Positions 22,165 through 31,187 of a DNA stretch of 57,032 bases are shown one piece after another (within the stretch, counting starts at the first letter, position 1; each line of letters begins with the position of its first letter). The notes beneath the pieces are model-generated. The model saw nothing but the letters and a program-made list of their open reading frames with translations, was not told the DNA's origin and searched no databases. A program made the position numbers and the translations under genes. This stretch comes from Craspedostauros australis. Taxonomy: Eukaryota. Location: NCBI GenBank assembly GCA_030167865.1, contig JALAGF010006241.1:1-57032 (forward strand), read 5' to 3'.

Positions 22165-23754
22165 TCACACGAAGTTGGTCGGCTCCCAATCGTCGCCTTT
22201 GACATCGCCGTCCTCCCAACCATCGCGTCGACCCAACTTGCCCGAGGCAAAGCCCACATCGAGACCATCCAAAATGGCCATTTGTTCTGCCGACAGCACC
22301 TTACCGTTCGCATTGACACCACCGTACGTATTCTCCGCGATGGCAATCTTCTCGACCTTGCTCGATGGCGCCGATCGTGGCACGCACGTGTATCCCTTCT
22401 GCAATGCCCATCGCACGAGGATCTGGGCCTTCGTCATCTTCTGCGCGTTGGCAATGTCACCGAGCTGATCCCATCCGGCCAAGATGTCGGGACTGCTGCT
22501 CAGCTTGGACCACGTGCCGCATCCGACGCCGATGCCGTACTTGGCGCAGTACATCACGATGTCCTTGTGCTGATTGAAGGGACTGATCTCGAGCTGATTC
22601 ATGGCCGGCAGATCGTACGGAAATGCGCGCTGTAATTCTTGCAACGGTCCCAGCCCGTAGTTGCAAACTCCGACGGCCTTGACGAGTCCGGAACGTTGCA
22701 ATTCCAGCAGAGCTTCCCACGACGCCAACCGCTTTTCCGAATTCGTCAATGGACTGTGGATGCAGACCATATCGAGGTACGACACGCCCAGTTCCTTCAT
22801 GGCCTTCTTGACGCTGCGACGCACATCTTCGCGGTTGGTCGATTGCTGCTCATTACAGAGCTTGTGCGACAGGTACAGTCCATCGCGTCGACCACTGCGT
22901 CCGATGGATCCCATGGGCGATGGCGCGCGCAAGAGACCGACGCCGCCCGATTCCGCAGTCGTAACGATCGCGTGTTCCTCACCGATGGTGACGGTCGCCC
23001 GATAGCGCTCCAACAACGCCGGCTTCTCGTTCACGCCGTACTTGGCCTCGACGGCAGGCAGTCCCTGATTGAGATACAAGGCAACGGCCTTGGCGACTTC
23101 GGTGTTGGATCCGTACTGACTGCCGACGTCGAAATATCGCACGCCCGCCAACAACGCGAGGGCCGTGGCCTGTTCGGCCTGTTCCGGCTTGGTCTTGTAA
23201 AGGGAATAGCCGATGCGCGGTATGGTCGTCGTGATCTGTTTGTTGTTGGCACCGTAACGACGCGTCGTCAGAACCGGCGATGGATCCTCCAAAGGAACGA
23301 CCGATCGTCCGTATCCGACACCTGCAGTGGTGGACGAGCCGCTCGTGGATCGCGCCGCGTTGATGGCGTTCATGTCGACCTTCATGTCGTCCTGCAATGC
23401 TGCGGCGTGGGCGACGTTGGGATTCATCGTCCACAAGGAACCTCCCATGAGCACGGATGATGCAGCGCTGACGAGGACGTCACGTCTGGATGCGCCGCTA
23501 ATCTCCGACGCGTCAGCAGCCTTGTTGGGAGAATGCGGTGCAACGAAACCTTGTCCCTTCTTTGCAACATTTTCAGTGCTGCTCTTCATTCCATTGTTGC
23601 CGTCACTGATGTCCTGGAACGACAGACCATTGACGGTTGCATGCTGGGCGATGAAGACAAGGACAAGGGCAACGAGCATCAGCTGCATCCAGCGTTGGTG
23701 CTGATGCCATCCATGCCTCTGAACCGCAGGGTTGGGAGTGGCTGTTGCTGTCAT
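22165..23754 (-). CDS. Aldo-keto reductase with a signal peptide and a twin-arginine (thylakoid-lumen-type) targeting segment
   Basis: AKR motifs: IPRIGY, RYFDVGSQYGSN (Asp/Tyr), YLSHKL (Lys), ELGVSYLDMVCIHSP (His), VKAVGVCNY, NQLEISPF, TKAQILVRWALQKG, VPRS. N-terminus: MQLMLVALVLVFIAQHATVNG, then SRRDVLVSAASSVLMGGSLWTMNPNVAHA. Confidence 0.9.
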   Translation of the reverse strand: MTATATPNPAVQRHGWHQHQRWMQLMLVALVLVFIAQHATVNGLSFQDISDGNNGMKSSTENVAKKGQGFVAPHSPNKAADASEISGASRRDVLVSAASSVLMGGSLWTMNPNVAHAAALQDDMKVDMNAINAARSTSGSSTTAGVGYGRSVVPLEDPSPVLTTRRYGANNKQITTTIPRIGYSLYKTKPEQAEQATALALLAGVRYFDVGSQYGSNTEVAKAVALYLNQGLPAVEAKYGVNEKPALLERYRATVTIGEEHAIVTTAESGGVGLLRAPSPMGSIGRSGRRDGLYLSHKLCNEQQSTNREDVRRSVKKAMKELGVSYLDMVCIHSPLTNSEKRLASWEALLELQRSGLVKAVGVCNYGLGPLQELQRAFPYDLPAMNQLEISPFNQHKDIVMYCAKYGIGVGCGTWSKLSSSPDILAGWDQLGDIANAQKMTKAQILVRWALQKGYTCVPRSAPSSKVEKIAIAENTYGGVNANGKVLSAEQMAILDGLDVGFASGKLGRRDGWEDGDVKGDDWEPTNFV

Positions 23755-24391
23755 CTTCCGGAGTTCCGCACACTATTGCCGTTGTACCTTTACCTGCACC
23801 TGCACGTTGCCGTCGTTGTTGGTAACGAAGACAGCGATGGTGGTGGAGTTGTGATGACGATGGTGGTGTCCAAAGCGAAGGGAAGGTCGACGGATCACCA
23901 TGGCTTGATGACGAAGATCATCGCTCCGTTCGCGCTCTCCATCGCCCTGACGTTGTCGAAGAAGGAGAGGTGGTATCTTTTGATTCCGATTGGCGTTTCG
24001 ATCTTTCGGAAAGTGAGTAGTATTGTAGTGGTATCTATATAGTAGTACATTAAAGTAACTACTTGCGAAGACAATACCTAGTGTGTGCATTGTCCATGTC
24101 GTATTAATATACTAACAGAGAGATATTATATACTACGACAAACACGATGGAACACGCGTGACCACAACTCCCGTCACAAAACATCACCAAAAAGCAACCA
24201 ACGAACAAGGCGAAAAAGGAAATCCGACAAGGAACACGCAAGAAATCCAACGAGGAGAGTCATGAATCAAAGGAGGCATCCGACAAACCAGGGGGAGCGC
24301 ATCTTGCACACTCTCGTCATCAACCTCTTTGCCTCGGACCATACTCTTGGGAAGGCGCACAGTCGTAGCTGGACGAGAGGAAACGCGCACG

Positions 24392-24436
24392 TCACAGCAC
24401 ATCACAGCACATCACAGCACGTCATATCACATCACA
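24392..24436. repeat. Degenerate CACAT/CACAG pentamer repeat
   Basis: tcacagcacatcacagcacatcacagcacgtcatatcacatcacat. Confidence 0.65.
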
Positions 24437-24581
24437 TTATAGACAATCGAGGACAATAGCATCCACACTGGCATCCACACCAATATCCACACCAATACTA
24501 CTATCCACACTAACGTCCATAGACACAATATCCATAGGCACAACACCCATCAAGAGCATCAAAGAAGTTTGAACGACAACG

Positions 24582-26422
24582 ATGACCGCACAAGACGAAG
24601 AGAAGCTGATCGAACGGTTCACGCAATGCGTGACGTCCGCAGAACCATTCGAGAACGAGGAGCAAAAGGCGGTGTGCCAGAAGATGGTGGACAACCTCCC
24701 CAAGCTGGAGCCAGAGAAGGTGGACACGGAACGTGACCTCAAGGACATCGCAGCGTGCACTTCCTACGCTTACTGGTACCTCTCCCAAAAGCCAGACACG
24801 CGACCAGCGCCGGAAATTCAGAATGCCATGGCGTTGCGAGAAGCTCGTCGTCATTTGGCCTACATGACGAACGACTACGACAAGGCGTTGGCGTCCTTCA
24901 TCCAGTGCTTGACGTATCGCAAGGTGCGTCGCGGCGTGTTCTACTCCGTCGGAATCTAGTTCTCATACTGCGTTGTGCTGTCGTGCGATGCACTGCGCTG
25001 CATGTGATGGAGGCGTTACGGAAGCAGCGTGGGGGTGAGAGTTGCTTGCGCTGTCGTGCGGTGCAAATGGTACACGTGATCTGTCGTGGGATAGATGACT
25101 GGACAGCTCTCCAGCTCATCATCCATCACAGACACTCTGTATAACAGATTGTTGTCTCACTGCTCCTTCCATTTCCCACTTTCATTCAATCATGTTGCTC
25201 ATCCACTCCACTCTACTCTATTTGCTTCATACATCCACGCGCGCGCGTGACTGGATAAAACTATGCCTCGCACAACACAACAATCTACAATGCCAATCTG
25301 CAATGCCAATCTAATCTACAAATTCAATACTACACCTCGACGATACGACTGCAGGAGAACAATCTGGATGTGCTGAAGACGTGCTTCAATTCTCCTCCTG
25401 CACAAAAACCAGAGGAGGCAGAGACTGCGACCGATCCTGCCGACACCAACGGCGATTGCAACGGCGTTTCCAACGGCGAGAAGAAGGAAGAGACGGAGGA
25501 GGAGTACTCGAAAAGGATCGGCAACCTGATTCTGGAAGATCTGACACACCAAAAGGTCATCATGCGAGCGCGCGACAGAGAACACCGCGGCGTCATGATC
25601 AAGTACGCTCGTCTCAGCACGGGGACGACGGAGGATTCCTACATCTGGTCGCAGGTCTACATGGCGGAACGCAGCGTCGCCGTGGCGGAGTACGGAACGC
25701 TCGGGAAGCATGAGCGCACCGTCTCCATCTTTGACTACCACGGCTTCGAATCCTCGAAGGCGCCAGCCGTCTCGACGCAGATCAAGACGGCGAACCTCCT
25801 GCAGAATTTGTATCCGGAGCGGTTACAATCCCTCCTCTTCTTGGAACCGCCCTTTTGGCTTCGCGGTGTCCTGGCGGTGCTCAAGCCTGTCATATCGGCG
25901 GAGATTCTCGATCGAATCGAAATGGCGACGGGGACTGTGAGTTCATTTCATCGTATTGCGGCTCGTGCTGGTACTCGTACTGATACTGTGCTCGTGTGCC
26001 ATGAGGGCTGTGAACTAAAATACAATGCCTCGTCCTTGATCATAGCATGTGATGCGACGACCCATTTGTCTTTTCTGTATGCTGGCACATTCACGTTGTA
26101 CTCACAACAACTCTACTCTACGCCGCTTTACTGCATCATCACCATCTCGTATGCACACGAACAGGAGGAAACCAGCAAGATGGTCAGTGAATTGGTCGAC
26201 GCGGATCAAAAGGCACTGCTCTTGACACCAGAAGAGCAACTGAACACAGCGATTAGCCTCGAGCACTTCCTGTTCGACGTCCCATTCTACGCCCTCTACG
26301 ATGATGTCAAGTGCGAGCGTGAAATTCCAGAGCCTCGAGCAGCAGAAGAGACTGGTGAAGGTGATGGGTCCCTTGCATCGTTGGCTGGTTCCGCCACGTC
26401 CTTCATGAAGTCCTTATGGTGA
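24582..26422 (+). CDS. CRAL-TRIO (Sec14-like) lipid-binding protein (about 393 aa; exons 24582-24923, 25355-25936, 26165-26422)
   Basis: ARDREHRGVM...YMAER...SIFDYHGF...LLQNLYPERLQSLLFLEPPFWLRGVLAVLKPVI is the CRAL-TRIO signature. Introns AAG|GTGCGT...GCAG|GAG and ACT|GTGAGT...ACAG|GAG keep the frame. Confidence 0.82.
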
Positions 26423-26616
26423 AGCGTTTTCACCTTGGTACGCAGCATTGCGGGCGGCGGGAAAGTTCAGCACGTACACGCACGTGCAGGAAGATCCGCC
26501 TGCTTCATGAACTGCGATGTCGACATTTATATGTGGAGCTTGTGATCTTGTTCTCTTCTCCTATTCCTCACCATACTCAACTAAGTATCATAAGTACTAT
26601 TACACTCCTCGGCAGT

Positions 26617-28023
26617 TTACTCCCACGCAGACACGAAGTGGGCAATGGCATGCTGCAGTTCACCGCCCTGCCAACAGTATCCGCCCTCCAATCCGGATGC
26701 GACCCTCGTTCCAAAGTGTTCCTTGATCTCTTGACCGATAGATCGATAATCCCGCGGTTGTAAATTGAGCTTGCTCGTCAGATCAGCCTCCAACGCATCA
26801 AATCCAGCCGCCACAAGCAACACATCCGGTTTATCCTGCAACAAAAATGGAATGGCCTGCGACACCAAAGCATCTCGGTACCCATTCTCGTACGTCGTCC
26901 CCGCCGGCAAGTTGATGTTGTGAATATTCCCCAACGGTCCATGATCATCATCGCCCGACGACCGCGGATCGTTGGGATCATCGGCCGCACGTTGCACGGA
27001 GAAATCCGACATGGCCTCGTGGATGGAACAGTACCGAATGCGGGATTCATCTTGCACGCAATGTGCGATGCCGTTGCCGTGATGGGCGTCGATATCCAGG
27101 ATGGCAACACTGTTCACACCGGGCTGATCCAACGCATACACAGCCGCGATGGCGACGCTGTTGAGCAAGCAGCCACCCATGCCTTTGGATTGGCAGGCAT
27201 GGTGGCTGGGCGGGCGCACGAGGGCGAACGTGGGTGCGGTACCGGACAATGCGCAATCCACGCTGGTCATCCAATCCTGTGCCGCATTCAAGGCGGCCTG
27301 GAAGGAATACTGGTCCACCAACGTTCTGGAATAGACCGGATTGAGGCGTCGTGGTCGATCCGTCTCCAAACACACTCGTTCCAATTCTTGAAGGTAACTT
27401 GCGTCGTGCACCTTGTTGACGTACTTCAGGATCTCCGTCTGTTTTGCCGAATCCTTCGCATCCACGTGCAACGACGACGATGCAACATCCCCCAAATGAT
27501 CCAATATCGCTGCCATCCGACCAGGCCGATCCGCGATCAACTTGCGATCGTACCCGCCATTGATAGGCTGCTCGTCTTGCGCCACCTGCTTGCCACCTCC
27601 GGCATACCAACCGCCACCGGCACCCAGCGCGGCGCCCAGCACGAACAGCTTCTCGGTATGCAGCACGTTGGCTTCCAGCAGCGAAATGGCAAAGCCCACC
27701 ACAGTCGCAACGGCGAAGGCCGACGCGATGGCCTTGAGTTTGGTGGGCGTCCATGGTCGCGAGTAATCGTCGTCCAATTCGGTGTTCTCCAAGTGTTGCA
27801 GCGATGTGGGAGAGTACTGGAAGGGGCGGTTGTTTGCCCAGAGGCTGGTGCCGTCCGCTCGCCGACTTGTGCATGTGCTCATCGTTGGTGCTGTCGTTGA
27901 TGCTGATTGCGAAGCCGCAGTTGGCATCACAACGAAACCGGCGCTGACATTGCACGTGGACAGCAGGAGTGCTGCTAAGCAGACGATACCGCGAGGAATG
28001 CTCGCAAATACAGAAGTCATCAT
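26617..28023 (-). CDS. Zn-dependent histone-deacetylase-family (class II/APAH-like) amidohydrolase, probably plastid-targeted
   Basis: Motifs VHDASYL, LVRPPSHHA, GMGGCLLNSVAIAA, ILDIDAHHGNG, SIH, NINLP, VAAGFDALEAD, LEGGY. Signal peptide IVCLAALLLSTCNVSAG|FVV is followed by an S/T-rich transit-like peptide. Confidence 0.9.
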   Translation of the reverse strand: MMTSVFASIPRGIVCLAALLLSTCNVSAGFVVMPTAASQSASTTAPTMSTCTSRRADGTSLWANNRPFQYSPTSLQHLENTELDDDYSRPWTPTKLKAIASAFAVATVVGFAISLLEANVLHTEKLFVLGAALGAGGGWYAGGGKQVAQDEQPINGGYDRKLIADRPGRMAAILDHLGDVASSSLHVDAKDSAKQTEILKYVNKVHDASYLQELERVCLETDRPRRLNPVYSRTLVDQYSFQAALNAAQDWMTSVDCALSGTAPTFALVRPPSHHACQSKGMGGCLLNSVAIAAVYALDQPGVNSVAILDIDAHHGNGIAHCVQDESRIRYCSIHEAMSDFSVQRAADDPNDPRSSGDDDHGPLGNIHNINLPAGTTYENGYRDALVSQAIPFLLQDKPDVLLVAAGFDALEADLTSKLNLQPRDYRSIGQEIKEHFGTRVASGLEGGYCWQGGELQHAIAHFVSAWE

Positions 28024-28388
28024 GTTACTCTCTCTTTCGATTGATGCTCCTATGGATCGTCGCTATGTGTGCTTGCAGATGCCATCGTCGTCTCCCATGA
28101 ATCTGCAGCCGCTGCCTCTTTGTGTTCGTGTCACCATTGCACATCAACCACACAGAACACGATGGACTTCAACAACAGATCTTCTTCTGACGCCTTTTGA
28201 GTCGTGGATACGAATGTCCGAAGCAACCAAGAGGCGCCGCAGTCTATCTAGAGCCATCCAAGGCAGCACAATGCATCGCAGATAGGTACTTGTAGCACCA
28301 CACCACACCGTACCATGGCATGCCAGAAGTGGAGCACTCTAAATATGTACTATCTTATTCTACCACACTTGATCTTGTTATGTGCATC

Positions 28389-30326
28389 TCATGTAGATGT
28401 GTCCACCTTCGCGTTCTTGTTGCGAAGGTAATATTCGAATGCCGACTCCTCCACCGTCTCGATATCGTCGGGATCGTACTGCAAGATTTCATCCGGAAAG
28501 CACTCCTTGGCCACGATGGCGCCACGACCACGTTCGTTGGGATCGTCGACCAAAGCATCATACGCGCGCGCGAACCCGCGACGCACGCCTTCGAAGATGG
28601 CCTCGCGGCTCGTCTCGAGCTTGGATACTTCGGGCGATCCCGGCGGCAGGGCCACCGCCAGGAGATGCGGTTGCGACGTGTCCCTGTAATTCCGCTGGCT
28701 GTAGGCGGCCTCATTGAGCTTGAGGATGTCCTCGGCGTACAACTTCTTGTGCAGCTGCTTGCGCATGCGCTCGTGCACGGCCTTGAGGCGATTTTTGCGC
28801 AGGAAGAAGCGCTTGGTGATGAGGCGTTCGAAGAGGGAGCCCTTGCCAGTCGTGTCGGTGCCGTCGGGTCGCGTGCGCAGCACGACGACGTGCGTCGCGC
28901 CTTCCTTAACGGCCGTGCGGTACGGCAAGGGTTCGTAGATCAAGGCGTCGCCCAGCGGTTCGTAGTTGGCGCCCTTGAGGTTGTTGCCGATGACGTACTT
29001 CTTGTTGTGATTGGCGCCCATGCGCTTGTTCTGCGCATCGCGGTCCAAGTTCTGGACGGGACCCGCGATGCCGGGCAGCAGGCAGGATCCGTGCATGGCC
29101 GATGCCAGCTCCTCGAGGGAATTCCAACCACCGTTCTCAAGGTCCAGAATGACCGCCTGCTCGCTCTTCAATCCCGACGTCACGACGCGCAACGGCAGCT
29201 CCTTCTGGCGCTCCAGGAACCGATCCCAAACCAGCGGCTTCGTTTCCTGCATCGTGCGTTGCAGCAGGAATTTGAGATTGAGCACGGGTTTGCCGTTGGA
29301 CCGGCGCGTCAGGACGTCCTTGAACAACCGCGGATCGACGAGACCGAAGCCCAACGATCGCAGCAGCCGCTTCGTGTCGATGAATTCGCTGCCGGCCGTC
29401 GTGAGCTTGTCGTAGTACACCTCGGGACCGAACCACGGCACCTGCTTGTTGATGAAGTACGCGCCGATCATGGAACCGGCCGACGATCCGTAGACGCTGT
29501 CAAAGCAATCGCGCAGGCCCAAGTAATCCAAGGCGCAGACCATGCCGGCCGAGACGCAACCGCGCATGCCGCCGCCCTCGACGGCCAGTACGACGTTGCA
29601 GCTGTCGGTGCGGTTGTGAGATGTGGAGCCTTGCAGTTTGCGCTCCAGCAGCAGTTTCGAGACGGGATGGGTATAGTCGGGATGGTCCTTCGAGCCGATG
29701 ATCTGCGTGTTGCCTTCCACGTACACCGACGTGAGGAGCTTGTCGTAGTTAATATCACCGGTCTTCGGATCACGAAAGCGCTTTGCGTCGTCCTCCCAGT
29801 AATCGTCCAAATCGGACATGGTCGTGATGTTGTATCGTTGCAGTGCCGACTTCGACTTGCTCGTTGTTGGTGGCATTATCTGCTGATCGATGCTGACGGT
29901 ATTTTGGATGTCCTTGTTGTCCTGAATCGTTCGTCGGAATCCCAGGCGATTCAGACGCCGTCTCCATCGTGACTTTGTTGGTTGCTTCTGCTTCTGCAGT
30001 TGTCCTTGCTGCTGTTCCTGCTGCATTGCATTTTCTATGGGAGAAAAGTCGCCATCATTGGGATAGGAGGCCACATGCAGCGTGGTGCGAATCTCCGGAC
30101 TCTGACCGTCGCCCAGCGCAGTTGATGGCGACTGCAGCTTCTGGGGCGATCTTCCGTTGACAACAGTGGGGTGAGCGACGGTGGTCGGAATGGTTGGGAG
30201 TTGGATGAGCAGTGTTGAGTGGATCGCCGTCGATCGCAAGAACGCAATTGTGGAGCCTGGCAGCAGGATCCACACAACGATGCATTGCATCGAAATGCCC
30301 AGCGTCATTCTCCTCAAGCCCGTCAT
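28389..30326 (-). CDS. Patatin-like phospholipase, probably plastid-targeted
   Basis: Oxyanion motif LAVEGGGMRG, nucleophile FDSVYGSSAGS, SCLLPGIAGP and catalytic Asp in GDALIYEPLP. Signal CIVVWILLPGSTIA|FL. Confidence 0.9.
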   Translation of the reverse strand: MTGLRRMTLGISMQCIVVWILLPGSTIAFLRSTAIHSTLLIQLPTIPTTVAHPTVVNGRSPQKLQSPSTALGDGQSPEIRTTLHVASYPNDGDFSPIENAMQQEQQQGQLQKQKQPTKSRWRRRLNRLGFRRTIQDNKDIQNTVSIDQQIMPPTTSKSKSALQRYNITTMSDLDDYWEDDAKRFRDPKTGDINYDKLLTSVYVEGNTQIIGSKDHPDYTHPVSKLLLERKLQGSTSHNRTDSCNVVLAVEGGGMRGCVSAGMVCALDYLGLRDCFDSVYGSSAGSMIGAYFINKQVPWFGPEVYYDKLTTAGSEFIDTKRLLRSLGFGLVDPRLFKDVLTRRSNGKPVLNLKFLLQRTMQETKPLVWDRFLERQKELPLRVVTSGLKSEQAVILDLENGGWNSLEELASAMHGSCLLPGIAGPVQNLDRDAQNKRMGANHNKKYVIGNNLKGANYEPLGDALIYEPLPYRTAVKEGATHVVVLRTRPDGTDTTGKGSLFERLITKRFFLRKNRLKAVHERMRKQLHKKLYAEDILKLNEAAYSQRNYRDTSQPHLLAVALPPGSPEVSKLETSREAIFEGVRRGFARAYDALVDDPNERGRGAIVAKECFPDEILQYDPDDIETVEESAFEYYLRNKNAKVDTST

Positions 30327-31187
30327 TCCTTTTCTGTTCCTTTCGTCTTTGGTTCTGGTTGTCCTTGCTCTGTACCAATACGACTAGAACTAAGACTACG
30401 ACAACGAGTAGAGCGTGATTGAGTGATAGATGGACGTATGGATATGGTGAGAGTATGTTGCGAGTATGATGCGAGTATGATGGTTGATGTGTCGAATGCA
30501 ACGCAGCAATGGTGCGAAAGGAGAAGAATGGTGTTGTTGTTGCGTGTGTGTTTGCGTTTCTCTTTCTCACTCTCCACCTACCACTGTTTGCACCTCCTGT
30601 TACTCTCGGTTGTGACAACCTGTATGAGTGCAATGTCAGTTCGTTCCACTTGTACGATACAATCACGTGCAGAGAGCACCCCTCCGTCCCTTCCTTGTGT
30701 CACACCGAAGGACTTGATGTGTGGTGTTGTTCTGGTTTGGGAGTTGATGGCATCATCAGCACGAAAGGCAACATCACGAGAAACCATTCGAACGATGATT
30801 GATTGGAGATCTCTGATGATGTCGATACGTGGTCAAAAACGTGTCGACATCATCGAATCTGCGACGTCGCATTTTGAGGACTGACAACGATCACGAACAA
30901 GGACGACCCAAGGAATTGTTTCCGCGTCTGTACTTGATCAGAGAAAAGAAGCCGTGATCGATTGAGTCGACGCGCCAACTTGCGAAAAAGGTATCTTCGT
31001 TTCTGCGCAACAACAACAAGAGCAACAAACACGGTGGCAAGCTCTCCTGAAACAGCCTGTCTCGGCTGTCGTGTTCATTGCCATCGTTGCGGTGTTCACC
31101 GTTGCCAACACCTTGATACCAAAGATGCCGCCACAGGAGCATGGCGAAGGTCTCATAGTTTGGAAACAGCTCAAGTGAGCAGGCAAG

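Noticed and set aside
28320..29972. 550-aa + strand ORF (similarly 20039..21565, 45344..46681, 47172..48236)
   Set aside because: Antisense shadows of recognisable genes.
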